Shown piece after piece: positions 53,291 through 64,000 of a stretch of 64,000 nt of DNA (position 1 is its first letter; every line of letters starts with the position of its first letter). Under the pieces are notes generated by a model that worked only from the letters and a program-made list of their open reading frames with translations, did not search any database and was not told the origin of the DNA. Source of the DNA: Elsinoe ampelina. Taxonomy: Eukaryota. The DNA is taken from contig ML992504.1 of NCBI GenBank assembly GCA_010093995.1, forward strand, positions 1,492,360-1,556,359, in the 5' to 3' direction. Both the position numbers and the translations under genes were made by a program.

Positions 53291-55645
53291 CTACCCCTTC
53301 GTCAACTTCAAAGTCGCCTTCCACTTCCTCTCCGCCTTCCAACCCGCCACCATCTCCAACGCCGTCCTCGCCCCCTGCACGGGCCCAGTCTGCATCGTCA
53401 ACGGCCACACCACTTCCCCCTCATACTCTCCCACCCCCTTATCCTCGGCCCTCTTCCCGGTCCCCTCCATGACCTTGCCCCAAAGAACAGGCCATCTCTC
53501 CCTCACCTCCCTCAACCCCACCCCTTTGCCCTGGGCGATGACCCCCAAATTCCTCCCCGCCTCGTCCAAAGCCTTGACCCTCAACGCCTCCATCCCCTTG
53601 AATCCCTCCAGGAGCTTCTCCTTGTCCCTCTCCGGCCCTTGCCCCTTCTCCTTCTCCCCACCCCTCCCCTCCTTCTCCCCTCCCCCCGCTCCACCCTTCT
53701 CGCGTTCCCGTTCCCGCTCCTTCTCCTCCCCCCTCCTCTCCCTCTCTTCCCACGCGTAGATCCTCCCGAGGTACACCATCCCCAGTCCCACCACCACCCC
53801 TCTCAGACCGGGCCACCTCGCGCTCGCCCCGTACACGAACCCCCACAACCCATTCATGCTGCCCCACGTCCTGAACGCTCTCGACGCCCCCCCCGCCGTC
53901 GGGGGACGGTAGGCCTGCACCGCCCTATCCTGGGCGTGGAACGCCAGGACAAAGCAGCAGAGCGACTCGATGGCGGTGAGCATACCGTGTTCGGCCTCCC
54001 ATTTGGCGGGGGATTGGAGGAGGCGCATGGATGTGTTTTTCAGGGTGCGGCCGAGGTTGATCAGGCGGTCGTGTTCGGATTGCCACGCTGAAGAGAGTGG
54101 GGTGGAGCGGGAGGTGGGGTGGTGCGTGGAAGGGGCGGCGAGGGAGGAAGTGGAGGTGGGTGTGGGGGCGAGCGGGGAGGCGACGTGTGAGTCGGCCGAG
54201 GGCATGCGGGTCATGCTGTGGGATGTGGGTTTTTTGGAGGAGGGGGTAGTGAGTTTGGTATCGTTTTTCGAGGGGAGGGGGGGTGATTGGAAGGGTGGTT
54301 GTAAGGGGGTTTTGTGGTGCTCTTGGGTGGGTTTGGTGGGGCGGTGTGGCGAGGGGGACCGTGAGGGTTGGCGTCGCTGGGAATCTGCAGGTTGTGGTGG
54401 GTGCTTTGAGCCTCCTCTGGCAGGACGATCGTCACCGTCCTGTGGTAGCCGGATAGATGGGCGGGGTGGGAATCGGAGTAGACGTGCAATATCCTGGCGT
54501 CTAGCCTTCGGAATCTTGAAGATGTAGATGAAGCTCGGGCGAGAAGTACGCTCGGGTCCAGATGTGTCTCCTGCAGCGTTGTCGTCCTGCTCGCGCTTAA
54601 CCTTGATATCACCGCCCTTCTCGACATCCGCCTTGAGAACCTTCGCAGGTCGTTGCTCCTCATCGTCCTGTCTCTTCCGCTTTTTGGGCTCGTCGGCTGT
54701 AGGCTCAACCACAGAACGAACCGAGTCGTGTTTGGAATCCACAGTCCCAGATTGTCCACTCGAAGATTTCGAAGCGTCAGACCTTGCTCTTTTGCGCTCC
54801 TCCCTCCTGTCCAATTCTGCAACGATGTTGGCGGGCAGAGTCGGTGATAGACATTCTGGCAGTGTTGGGCCAATGGGAGACAACCGCTCTGGTATTTGAG
54901 GCGCGAGCGGAGACATTGGTGCAGGAAGCTGAAAGCTGCCCTTTTTGTCCTCCTTACCCTGCTTGTGCCCTCTGTCTGTTGGAGGCGTCTCGGCACGAGA
55001 CTTTCGATTGGATGGAGCACTCTTGCGGTCTGGTTCTTCCTTCTGTGCTGTACGTCTTCGGATCGGATCAGGAGAGTCCACTGGAGGTTCGCGCTCAGGC
55101 GACCTCTTACGCTTTAACTGGGCGGTTTCCGGCTTCGCAAAGTCTCTGGTCGACGAGTCTGGCAGCTTTGGGCGATCACTGTTCGGCTTTCGCTTTTCCT
55201 CTCTTTCTGATTTCTTGTGTGTTCCATTCGGCAATGGCTTCTCCTTTTCCTTCTCTGGCGCCGACTTTGGTGTACCATTCTTCTGGTTCTTGTAGTCGGC
55301 CAATGAAATCTTCTTTTTCGGACCAAGTCTAGGTGTCGCAGTCAAGCTCTTTGCCGCGTCCGAATTGGGTGTTTGATCGTAATGTGTGGGCCGGGAATGT
55401 ACCGCGAGATGTATCAAATCTCGCCCGTGCTCCTGGTAGTAAAACGTCTGGTATTGCAGGTCGGATCTCTCGTCGGGATCGAACGGGGCGTCCTTTCTCC
55501 AAGCATTCGCATGTTCTCTGCTGCGATGATGCCAGCGTGGTTCATCTTGAGGTATTGACTGTATGTATGGCTGTCCGGGTATGTGCTTGCGCATGCGATC
55601 GATGGCGGCGTCGAGCGCATCGAGGTCTGCTTGATTGGGAGGCAT
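53291..55645 (-). CDS. Putative ELL-binding protein Ebp1-like (AF4-related) elongation factor
   Basis: 784-aa ORF; LQYQTF and KKKISLADYKN motifs, long basic/Pro-rich disordered region, helical C-terminal domain (W..E..RL..LGR.LK; AIESLCCFVLAF). Family assigned from memory of the motif pattern. Confidence 0.55.
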   Translation of the reverse strand: MPPNQADLDALDAAIDRMRKHIPGQPYIQSIPQDEPRWHHRSREHANAWRKDAPFDPDERSDLQYQTFYYQEHGRDLIHLAVHSRPTHYDQTPNSDAAKSLTATPRLGPKKKISLADYKNQKNGTPKSAPEKEKEKPLPNGTHKKSEREEKRKPNSDRPKLPDSSTRDFAKPETAQLKRKRSPEREPPVDSPDPIRRRTAQKEEPDRKSAPSNRKSRAETPPTDRGHKQGKEDKKGSFQLPAPMSPLAPQIPERLSPIGPTLPECLSPTLPANIVAELDRREERKRARSDASKSSSGQSGTVDSKHDSVRSVVEPTADEPKKRKRQDDEEQRPAKVLKADVEKGGDIKVKREQDDNAAGDTSGPERTSRPSFIYIFKIPKARRQDIARLLRFPPRPSIRLPQDGDDRPARGGSKHPPQPADSQRRQPSRSPSPHRPTKPTQEHHKTPLQPPFQSPPLPSKNDTKLTTPSSKKPTSHSMTRMPSADSHVASPLAPTPTSTSSLAAPSTHHPTSRSTPLSSAWQSEHDRLINLGRTLKNTSMRLLQSPAKWEAEHGMLTAIESLCCFVLAFHAQDRAVQAYRPPTAGGASRAFRTWGSMNGLWGFVYGASARWPGLRGVVVGLGMVYLGRIYAWEERERRGEEKEREREREKGGAGGGEKEGRGGEKEKGQGPERDKEKLLEGFKGMEALRVKALDEAGRNLGVIAQGKGVGLREVRERWPVLWGKVMEGTGKRAEDKGVGEYEGEVVWPLTMQTGPVQGARTALEMVAGWKAERKWKATLKLTKG

Positions 55646-56384
55646 GTTTCGTCCTCGAGTATTTGGTCACTACTTCATGGCGAGTTGGAGAAGAGTATGC
55701 GCGGCGAGATGAATTTCATCTAGCGTACAAGGCCCGCGAGCAAACAATACGTCTGACCTATAGCAGGACAATGGTGAGACAATGCGTGGGGTGACGTTTG
55801 TTGAGCGCAAGAAGGGTACAGACACTAGCTGTCGGGTGAAGCTAACGATCGTGGTGTGTAGTCTGTACAGTTGATAATTGACTCGACAATAGATAATGTG
55901 TACAATGTGTGTGTTCCAAGCGACAATAGACAACGGAAAGAGGCGGGCAATTGTGAAGCTATCTTGACTCGAGGCCCGAGAGGCCGATCACGTCTATTGA
56001 CCGAAGCCAAATCCACCAGACCCGATCCGGGAAGCGTAAGCGGCTCAGATAAACTCTATCCGCGCAGTCGGGACGGCCAGATCTTGGAACTGCACATGCA
56101 CCACCACATGACAACCATCAACCCTGGCTGGGGCATGGTCATTCAAATATCTCTGCTCACAAGTATTTGAACTGGGCTCACTTGTATCACTGGATCATGT
56201 TAAAAGACCCCGTTTGAAGCATCTTTCATTGACTTGCTGATTAACTTCGCTGTTTCCTATCTACCTCCTGAATCGCTCTCATGCAACTTGAATGCTTTTC
56301 GCAGAAGATCACAAGCTACCACTGTGGCAGCTGCCTGTCGATAGCCCACACATCTCCTGCCCAAGTCCAGTCATACGACGTCCC

Positions 56385-59300
56385 CTAAACAGCTCGCCCC
56401 ATCTCACCAATCCTCTTGCTTAACCCACTGAACTTCCTCAAGATGGGATCATTTACGTCCTTCTCCGCGAACATCATGTACGCACCCTGGATCCTGCTGA
56501 GCAAGACATTCATGATCTTAGGTGCGACTTGGACGATCTCCTGATCCTGCAAATCGGTACTGGACAGAATGTGGTCGAGCCAATTGAGACGTTCTTCGAC
56601 GTTCTGCTCGAACGAGGTACTGACGGCGGCGGAGACGGATAACTTGACGAGCGGCGAGAGCTTCTGAAGGTACTGTGGATTGACGCGGACGAAGAGTTGA
56701 TCGAACAGAAGGGCTTGACGAGGGGATTGCAACCACTGTCATTCGTTAGCGTCTTGATCAAGATCCCGGAATGCATTACTGACCTTGATAGTGGCATCTT
56801 CGAAGATTTGCGCTTGCATCAACTCAGTGATCTCCTCAAGCTCGGGGTCCTGCGGTACCGGGATTGGCGCTCGGGTCGCTGATGCAGTGCTAGGACGGGA
56901 CGACTGGCGCGTGTTCTCTAGCTGGCGTTGCAGGCTGGAGACTTGGTCTTGAAGGGCAGCCTGACTTGTCGTCACGCGCTGCAAAGTCTCGGACAAACCA
57001 AAGATGAGATTCGCCAGGCGATCGAATTTGGCGTCATTGTCGGCACGCTGGCTGGAGAAACGAGCTTCGCTGTCCGACACTGCTCGCTGGACGGATGCAG
57101 TGATGGTCTGAGAAATAGTGGGAGCAATGGTCTTACGGACCACCCCTTCCATTGTTGCCAGGACCTTCTGAGATAGCTCCGCTGATATCGGGCCAGCCAT
57201 GAGCTTGGTAGTCTCCGGATCGCGTAGAGCTGTTGCAAGAGCCGAGGGAAGAGCTTGACGGACCTCGCGTGGGACGACAGTGCCAACAGACTCGTGAAGA
57301 TGCTCAGCCAAGCGACGTTCTGCCATAGCAGCAAAAACGTCAGTGACAGCTGGCAGAACCTCCTGGTGTATGCTTGTCGATACAATTGAGGCCAGGCTTC
57401 TCTCCACATTGTCCGTGAGTGTGGTCGATATCAGCTCAAGCACACCTTGTTGGCGGGTACTTGCAGCGATGTCTTGAACACGCCTATTGTCCTCGATGCG
57501 CTTGTAAAGCGTCTCCAGCTCAGACGTGATCAGCCGGCTGATCTGAGCAGCAGAGTCCGGCCCAATACTATCGCCATTTGGCAGGGACTTCTTTGCGCGA
57601 TCAGGCAAGCTCGTCTGCTTCTCGACAGGAGAAGGCTTTTGCTCTGGAATGACTGCTTCGGGTAGAGACATGCTGGCAGGACGAGGGGCAGCCACGACGT
57701 AAGACTCCGGTGTCAGGATAGGTGGATCAACCGCTAAGGTCGTAGGTGCTGGAATTTCGATCGATTGTTTGATAACTTCAATCGTAGGCTCGGGTGGCGT
57801 GACCTTCGTCTTTGGTTGAGGAGATACCGCGCGCTTCACCGTCTCCTCTTTTGGCGTCAACTTCGTCTTGGCAGGCGTGTCAACCACGGTGGGGGCCGAG
57901 TTCGGATCCGGCATTGGCGAGACAGAGATGAGATCAGCCTCTTCAGCATCCACCGCGCTGAGAATCTTGTTGTCGGGTCCCCAACCTAGGTCTGCTTTCT
58001 TAATGCTCACGCAAGTGACCCCAGTAGAATGCATGGCGTAAAGTTCGAAAAGTGTTTCTTCCTTCTCTGCTTCGGACGCGGCAGGATTGTTAAGCATGTC
58101 GATACTACGAAGCTGACCTTTGGCACCAAATGAGATCTCGCGGACACCTGACATTATCGCGGTGGCCTCGGGCTTGGGCAGTGGATCCTCATTGGCAAGC
58201 TTAGACACATAGGTTGCCTGGTCCATGTTTGGCACCGTGTAACGAGGGGCGGACAGGTGGATGAAGAAGACCGAATTCCTGGTCGGGTGTGCGAGAGCAA
58301 TGATGCCTGTCTTTGGATGATAGTCGATACTGCAAATGGCATCCGCGTCGCTGTCGTGAGGAAAGTGCAACTCCTGAACAGGCCTACCAAGACCAAGATC
58401 CCAGAGTTGTAGCAGATGGTTCTGCTTGAATCCAACAAGTAGATAGCGGAGCGCGACACCCTTGACACATGGTCTCTCCTTGTCCAAGAACATGATCGAA
58501 GTTGGTGAGATCTTCTCCGAAGCCAGAGTCGCGGTGAAGGTGAGAAGTGGGTTCTTCAGCTCGATATTGACCTTCTTGCCATTACGAGCAGCTTCCGAAA
58601 TGTCTTTCATATCCCAGAAGCGAATACGTCCAGCCTTGTCGAGCGATGCGATCGTCGAATCATCCTCGCTGAAAGTAAAGTCCTTGCATGCCTTGCCTGT
58701 AGTGATCTTGAGATTTCTCTCCTGATAGTACTTCTCGATATTAACAATACGAGTCTTTGCATCGGCATACTTGGCAGAACCCGCTATTTCAGGGGTTATG
58801 ATGTGGATGGATTTGCCGCGAGAGATGGCAAAGATGTCGGAATGTCTGTTACTCATCTTTGTCCTGGTCTTGACAGGACTTCCTGATGTGTTTTCTTCTT
58901 GAGCGTTTACCGCTGGAAGAATAAAGCCTTTGGCTTCTAGGTTCTGATCCTCCCATTTGTCGTCCAGAGAGGCATCAACCTTTGTCCAAAACACTGATCC
59001 ATTCACACCGGTGGCCAAAATTGTGTCTGCCGGAGATTTCTCTCTGCTGTCACGAATCTGAATGTGAAAGGTACGTTCCTGGCTGTTCTTGAAGACCTGC
59101 TTGTCGCGGCCAGAGTCCTGACGAATGACTCTGAAACCTCCTGATTTGGACATGGCGTATGCAATATGTGTCTCTGTTGCCGTTGCCAGTGTCCTGTCAA
59201 TTTGGTCAAAGTCTTTCTTCAGGCGGACAATGTCCATGATGATGTCTGATCGAAAAGCAGTGCCAGCTGGTCTTGGACGGAATTTGATGGAGACGAAAGG

Positions 59301-60281
59301 TTTCATAGGAAAGTTGAAAACCTGTACGACACCCGCAGAGTCGGTCGCTGTCTGCCACGAGTCGGGCACGGTATCCTCTTGCTTGATTGCAGGAATGCTT
59401 GGAGCAGCAGGAGCAGGAGCAGTCTCTGGGATATCATCCTTGACCTTCTGTTTCTTGCTACTAGATGGCTCCTGCGGAACTTGCGGCTGGACGGGTGCGG
59501 TAGCAGCAGTGGCGGCAACAGAAGGCACTTGCGGCGCTGCTTCCGGCTTTGGCGTCGATTTCTTCGGTGTAGAGGCTGACAGCGACTCGAATGGATTGAC
59601 GTAAGTGAACATCCCGTTACCCTTCTGACCAGAAGGTATCTCGAATGGGGTGGTTTCGCGTGACTTGGCGGACCCGAAGACTCTAACCGGGGTGGCCTCC
59701 CTCGACGCAGGCTTCTTCGATTCATCGTTGAACGCCAGCGACTGCTCGGCGAGATTGTTCACAAGTTCCGGCTTTCCAGTACCAAGGGGCGTGGGTTGGG
59801 GCGCTTCCAGTGGCGTTGAAGGCTGTTCCGAAGCCTTTCTCGGTTGGTTGAGAAGATTTAGCAAGAAGCTTTGAGGATTGCTGGCGGGAGATGTAGCGCC
59901 ACGTGAAGGCAGCTCGGCTTGTGGAGCAAGACCACCCGCGTGACTCGGTGTATCCATGCTCTTTGACGTGTTTGCAACATTCTGCAGGTCATTGAGTGCG
60001 CTTGGCTGTTGCGATTGTCCGTTGAAACGTAGCAGGTTGAGTAAATTCGCCGCTTTGGCATCCTGACTTGGGGTCTGAAGCTTTGGACTCAGTATTCCTG
60101 AGCCGGCGGGGTTGGGCGTGTGAATTGGTGGTGAAAAGATGGGTGAAGACACAGATGGCTGTTGGTAGCCTGCTTGTAAATGAGAGAACGGTGGTAACGA
60201 CGACTGAGAGCTCTGTGAGTTTTGCTGGTTTGCGCTGCTCGAGCTCTTGAGGCGACTGAATAATTCTTGCAAGTCGGCCAT
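56385..60281 (-). CDS. EDC4/Ge-1-like decapping enhancer (Pdc1-like), complement(join(56385..56735,56784..60281))
   Basis: Disordered N-terminus with NLLNLL/FLLNLL helical motifs, beta-propeller region (RLKKDFDQIDR, GKACKDFTFSEDDS, LWDLGLG), coiled coil, C-terminal LSPLVKLSVSAAVS...ERLNWL domain; one 48-nt intron. Confidence 0.72.
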
Positions 60282-60540
60282 GGTGAATGATTGTGAATGG
60301 GACTGGCGGTGGGAGAGAGAGGATAAGGTTGAATAGAAGAAAGTGATTAGTGTAATCTAGTATACAGAAAGCCTCGAATTACACTCCGCTATGCGCTTGT
60401 GTTGCTGAAACGATGATCGCTTTGAAGAGGCGTCAAGTGGAAGGGTTCAGAAGGAAAGTCCGTGAGTGCCAAGACATTTTAGCTTGATGACCTCACGAGC
60501 TTTCAATGGCAGCTTGCCCAAGGGCCCAAGGCTCAATTTT

Positions 60541-61980
60541 TTTAGTCGTGGCACACCAAGATTCCACCACCAAATTGCACACCTTTATAACACTACCAAT
60601 TTTACTCTAATTACTTTGATTTTTTTCCTAATGAACTTGCCATAGCTAAATTACCTTATTCCAATTTATATATGCTAACTCCGGAGGCTAATTAGAAGTA
60701 TACTAAGGGGCACAAGTAGCCTACTCTAATCTGCGCTAGCTATTACGCCCTTAGAGTAGCACTACTACTACCTAGATGCACTAAATTCCCTATAAGCTAG
60801 ATATTATATATAATAAAGGTTCCTAAGTATTCTATATAGTAGATACTTACTAGATTAGCTTAGAGGCCTAGATCTAAGCGGCCTAGAAGAACCTCTATTA
60901 TTAATAACTATCTACTCTGTCGTATCTAGCGCTTTATTAATAGTAGCTTTAGTAACGCTAAAAAGACTTACTAGTAGCTAGTAGACTTNNNNNNNNNNNN
61001 NNNNNNNNNNNNNNNNNNNNNNNNNNNNNNNNNNNNNNNNNNNNNNNNNNNNNNNNNNNNNNNNNNNNNNNNNNNNNNNNNNNNNNNNNNNNNGACTTCT
61101 AGAAAAGTGTTAGATTTACTAATAAGTCTTATTTTTACTATAACTTAAGAGCTACTACTATAATCTATCGCCGCCGAGGCTAGAGAAACGACCTAAACAA
61201 GATCTAGTTTAAAAAGAAAACTACAAAGACAATAGTATATATCTAGGGGATAGTTAGCTATAGCTTTAAGTTAGAGCTTATATTCTACTCTAATTTGCTA
61301 CTACTAAAGACAATTAACAAGTAAAAGGCTATACTAGAGGCCGACCTTATCGATGTTAACCCTTAGCCTTTAGGGGCTATTCTTAAGACAGAGGAAGCTA
61401 AGTTATGCCTATTAAATAACTTATAGCCTAGCTATAAGCACTAGTATAAAGATAAGGCGAGTTATAAACACGACTACTATAAGAAGTAACCCTTAGTACT
61501 TACTATCGGCGGCAACCTTAATTAGTTTACCTATCTTTATAGTATCTTTATCCTCTATATTAAGAAGTACTAGAATAATATATAGTTTAAGAAGAAAGCC
61601 TTTATACTAGAAGAAGACAATAATAGCGCTTATAGCACTCGATTAACCTATAATCTAGTCAAGCTATATAAAGACTTACTACTAGGCTTCTAATATTATG
61701 CTAATTATGCTAAATTACCTAATATAACTATTATTAAGAACTACTAGTAGAGAGTTAAGTAGTATATTAAGTAATATGCACTAATAACTAATAAAGAGCT
61801 AAAACGCTTCATTTAAGAAGAATAGGAGAATATACTATAGAATTAGATAGATAAGCTAGTAGAGGAGATGCCGGATAGAGTATACTAGCTATAGTAATAT
61901 AATAGTAAAAGCACTAACTATTAAGTACTTACACCTTTAATTTAATAGTATAGCTATTTACCACCTTAATTACAGCTTCA
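60541..61980 (+). mobile_element. RIP-inactivated Tc1/mariner-superfamily (Tc1-like) DNA transposon
   Basis: AT/TpA-rich block. Reversing G>A and C>T changes in a single frame gives FWKSVRFTDESHF (61097-61135), LEEDND..HGTR (61607-61642) and SPDMTIIENCW (61715-61747), the three DDE motifs. Boundaries approximate. Confidence 0.85.
60989..61093. other. Assembly gap (105 N) inside the transposon relic
   Basis: Run of N in the sequence. Confidence 1.
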
Positions 61981-62294
61981 TACAATAAGAATTGAGCGCA
62001 GCCTATGAAGATGTATTGTCTGTATACAAAAAGTGGTAAAGCCGGTACAGCTTGGCGGGCCCGTGCGCCAGGATTTCTGAAAGTGAGCCTTGGCCCGTTT
62101 CAGATCTGGCTCACAACGGCTATCCGGAGTCAATTTTGGGTGCACCAAATATTTGAAGTGGACTGAAGCTAGTTCATTTTCAATCGTAAAAAGCAAGTTC
62201 ATTACGGCATCTCCTCATGATTATGTTCCATGACCATTCATATGCACACCCCCCAGCAAAGCTTTTTGTGATCGTGGGCGGTAATTTGCCTCTA

Positions 62295-64000
62295 TTAGCG
62301 TGGCATGCCCGCAATCTCACGAATCCTCCATCTCCAGGCATGTGTGTCTGGTCTTGGTGCACCGTCCAGGCCAGTGAACCAAGACTCGCAACGACGCCTC
62401 CAGACTACCTCTTCTTCCTTCTGCCTACGAATGAACTCCGGTCCTAGGTCGAACTCCTCCCCGACGAGCCACTCGTCGTTAGCAAGACCACCACCTTGAC
62501 CATGTCCTACTGATGCTCCAGCTCCAGTAGGAGTGGCAGCTGCATTGATGTCTTTGAGATCATCGATGCCGGCGAAAGGGTCCTCGTCGTCCTCATCAAT
62601 CTGAGGTGATGCTTTGGCGCTGGGAGTTCGGTGCTGCTGGTCGGGTTTGACCTTGAGCCAACACATCCTCACAGGGTCGAACACCATGCCTCCGACGACT
62701 TGAATATTTTGTGTGCTGTTGGCAGACATCGGCGCAATGAGAGCTGGCCTGGGTGGCGAAGGCACAGGAGCTGGGTGGTCATAATGACCAAGATAGGAGT
62801 GCGAACGTTGATGTGTGAGCGGAGTCGGAGTTGGGAGAGGAGGAGGGAAGTCGAATACGTTCAAGGTGTTCTCATTGCCTTCCCAACGATGTGTTTGAGG
62901 GTTGTAGATCATGCCTTTTTCGGCTGAGAGAAGGTTAGCGGAGATGAAGGAGGGAAGGGGGATGGAGTTGGGAGAAGGAAAGAAGTCGCGGGGAAGCCAT
63001 ACACTTGACAATGGTTGCATCGCCTGGCTTGATCAGCCCAGGCTGTATGCGTCTGCCCTTGTTCCGAGCTGCACTAGGAGAAGTATGTGGGCTTCTGGCA
63101 GCGATCTGGGCCTTCCAGTTTGTGCTGACGGGCATCAATGGCCCTTCGCTACGTGGGCGTGGGACGTTCGCGAGGCGCGATTCGCGAGCTATACGGCTGG
63201 CTGCAGTGTCGCGGAGGTAGCGCGGAGTATTGGAAGACTCCTGGAAGACCTTGAGAGGACTCCTCGGTGTCTGAGGACCAGGTAGTGGGGTGGACATGCG
63301 GTCTGTCAAAGCTGAGCGAGCGCCAGTGCCGTGCTCCCTGAGATCGAGTCTGCTTGGGATATTACGCAGGGTCTTTGGCGCTGTCCTCATCGATGGCTGC
63401 TTGAGAAACTTGGATTCCTTCGTCACCGATGTTGGCAAGTCATCAAAGACCTCGAGCTCTGAGCCGTCACCAAAGAAACGTTTCTTCTGGGGCTTGGTAA
63501 GGGTACGCTTTGCTGCAGCCTCCCGGAGCAGGTCTTTTGGCGCAAATTCCGTCCTTCTCGAAGTTCTTGATGGCGTGTCCGGCACGTAGGCATTTGACAA
63601 TCGAGAGAACGATCGAGGGGGTGGGGAGAGTCCTCTGTGCGGATCCGAGTCTCTTCGCAAATGCTGTGATGAAGACTTTGCATTGACATGATGCGATTGC
63701 ACTGAAGACCCAGCCGGGAGAAACGGTACGCTTGGCTTCGAGCTGAGGTTGTAATTGCTCTTCATGACTGGCATGGATCGCTTGGAGCGGAGAAGTTGCG
63801 CACTTGTCGTGGTAGGTTGTAAGCGATGTCGAGCTACTGAGGTCGCGCCGGGTTCCATGACAGGCTCCAGACGAGATGAATTCGGCTTGACACTGGGGAC
63901 TGGTCGAGGTATTCTCGTAGATTTCTCGATGAAGGTCACAGTGGTTGCCGGAGCGCGTGTCGGCGGGACCAGATTACTCCTTGAAGACTTTTGCTTGACG
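62295..64000 (-). CDS. byr4: Byr4/Bfa1-like cytokinesis regulator (5' part outside window), intron ~62924..63002
   Basis: FGDGSELEVFDDLPTS, GMIYNPQTHRWEGNE, GGMVFDPVRMCWLK, DEDPFAGIDDL, EEFDLGPEFIRRQ motifs characteristic of Byr4/ByrA. Confidence 0.8.

Noticed and set aside
62120..62170. Candidate right TIR of the Tc1-like element (...CAATTTTGGGTGCACCAAATATTTGAAGTGGACTG)
   Set aside because: Looks Tc1-like but matches the putative left end near 60543 only loosely and has no clear TA duplication; not used as a boundary.

Overview
Eukaryotic genomic DNA from a filamentous ascomycete (short 45-140 nt GT-AG introns with CTRAC branch sites, RIP-like TpA-rich relics; a Dothideomycete is my inference). 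The right two-thirds is mostly a gene-dense core block: RNA 3'-phosphate cyclase head-to-head with HSP90, a CE5 esterase, a Zn2Cys6 transcription factor, a secreted PAN/Apple protein, a Pth11-like receptor, an S10 carboxypeptidase, a GPI-type wall protein, ERD2, TAD3, ORC5, SelO/FMP40, a DCAF4-like WD40 protein, Ebp1-like and EDC4/Pdc1-like proteins and a partial Byr4-like gene. The first 13 kb looks accessory: a RIP relic, a ~1300-aa intronless unknown protein, two tandem PNP_UDP_1 (fungal NLR effector-type) paralogues that lack a NACHT/NB-ARC domain, an aldehyde dehydrogenase relic and an atypical kinase. This is the best candidate for an undescribed defence or allorecognition module. Other notable structure: a 2-nt microexon needed to build the Zn2Cys6 cluster, an ATG-only first exon, a composite element made of two inverted ACGT-ended MITEs, a RIP-destroyed Tc1-like transposase whose three catalytic motifs can be reconstructed, and recurrent C-rich to G-rich strand-skew switches inside genes. 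All calls were made by eye from motifs; no database search was run.
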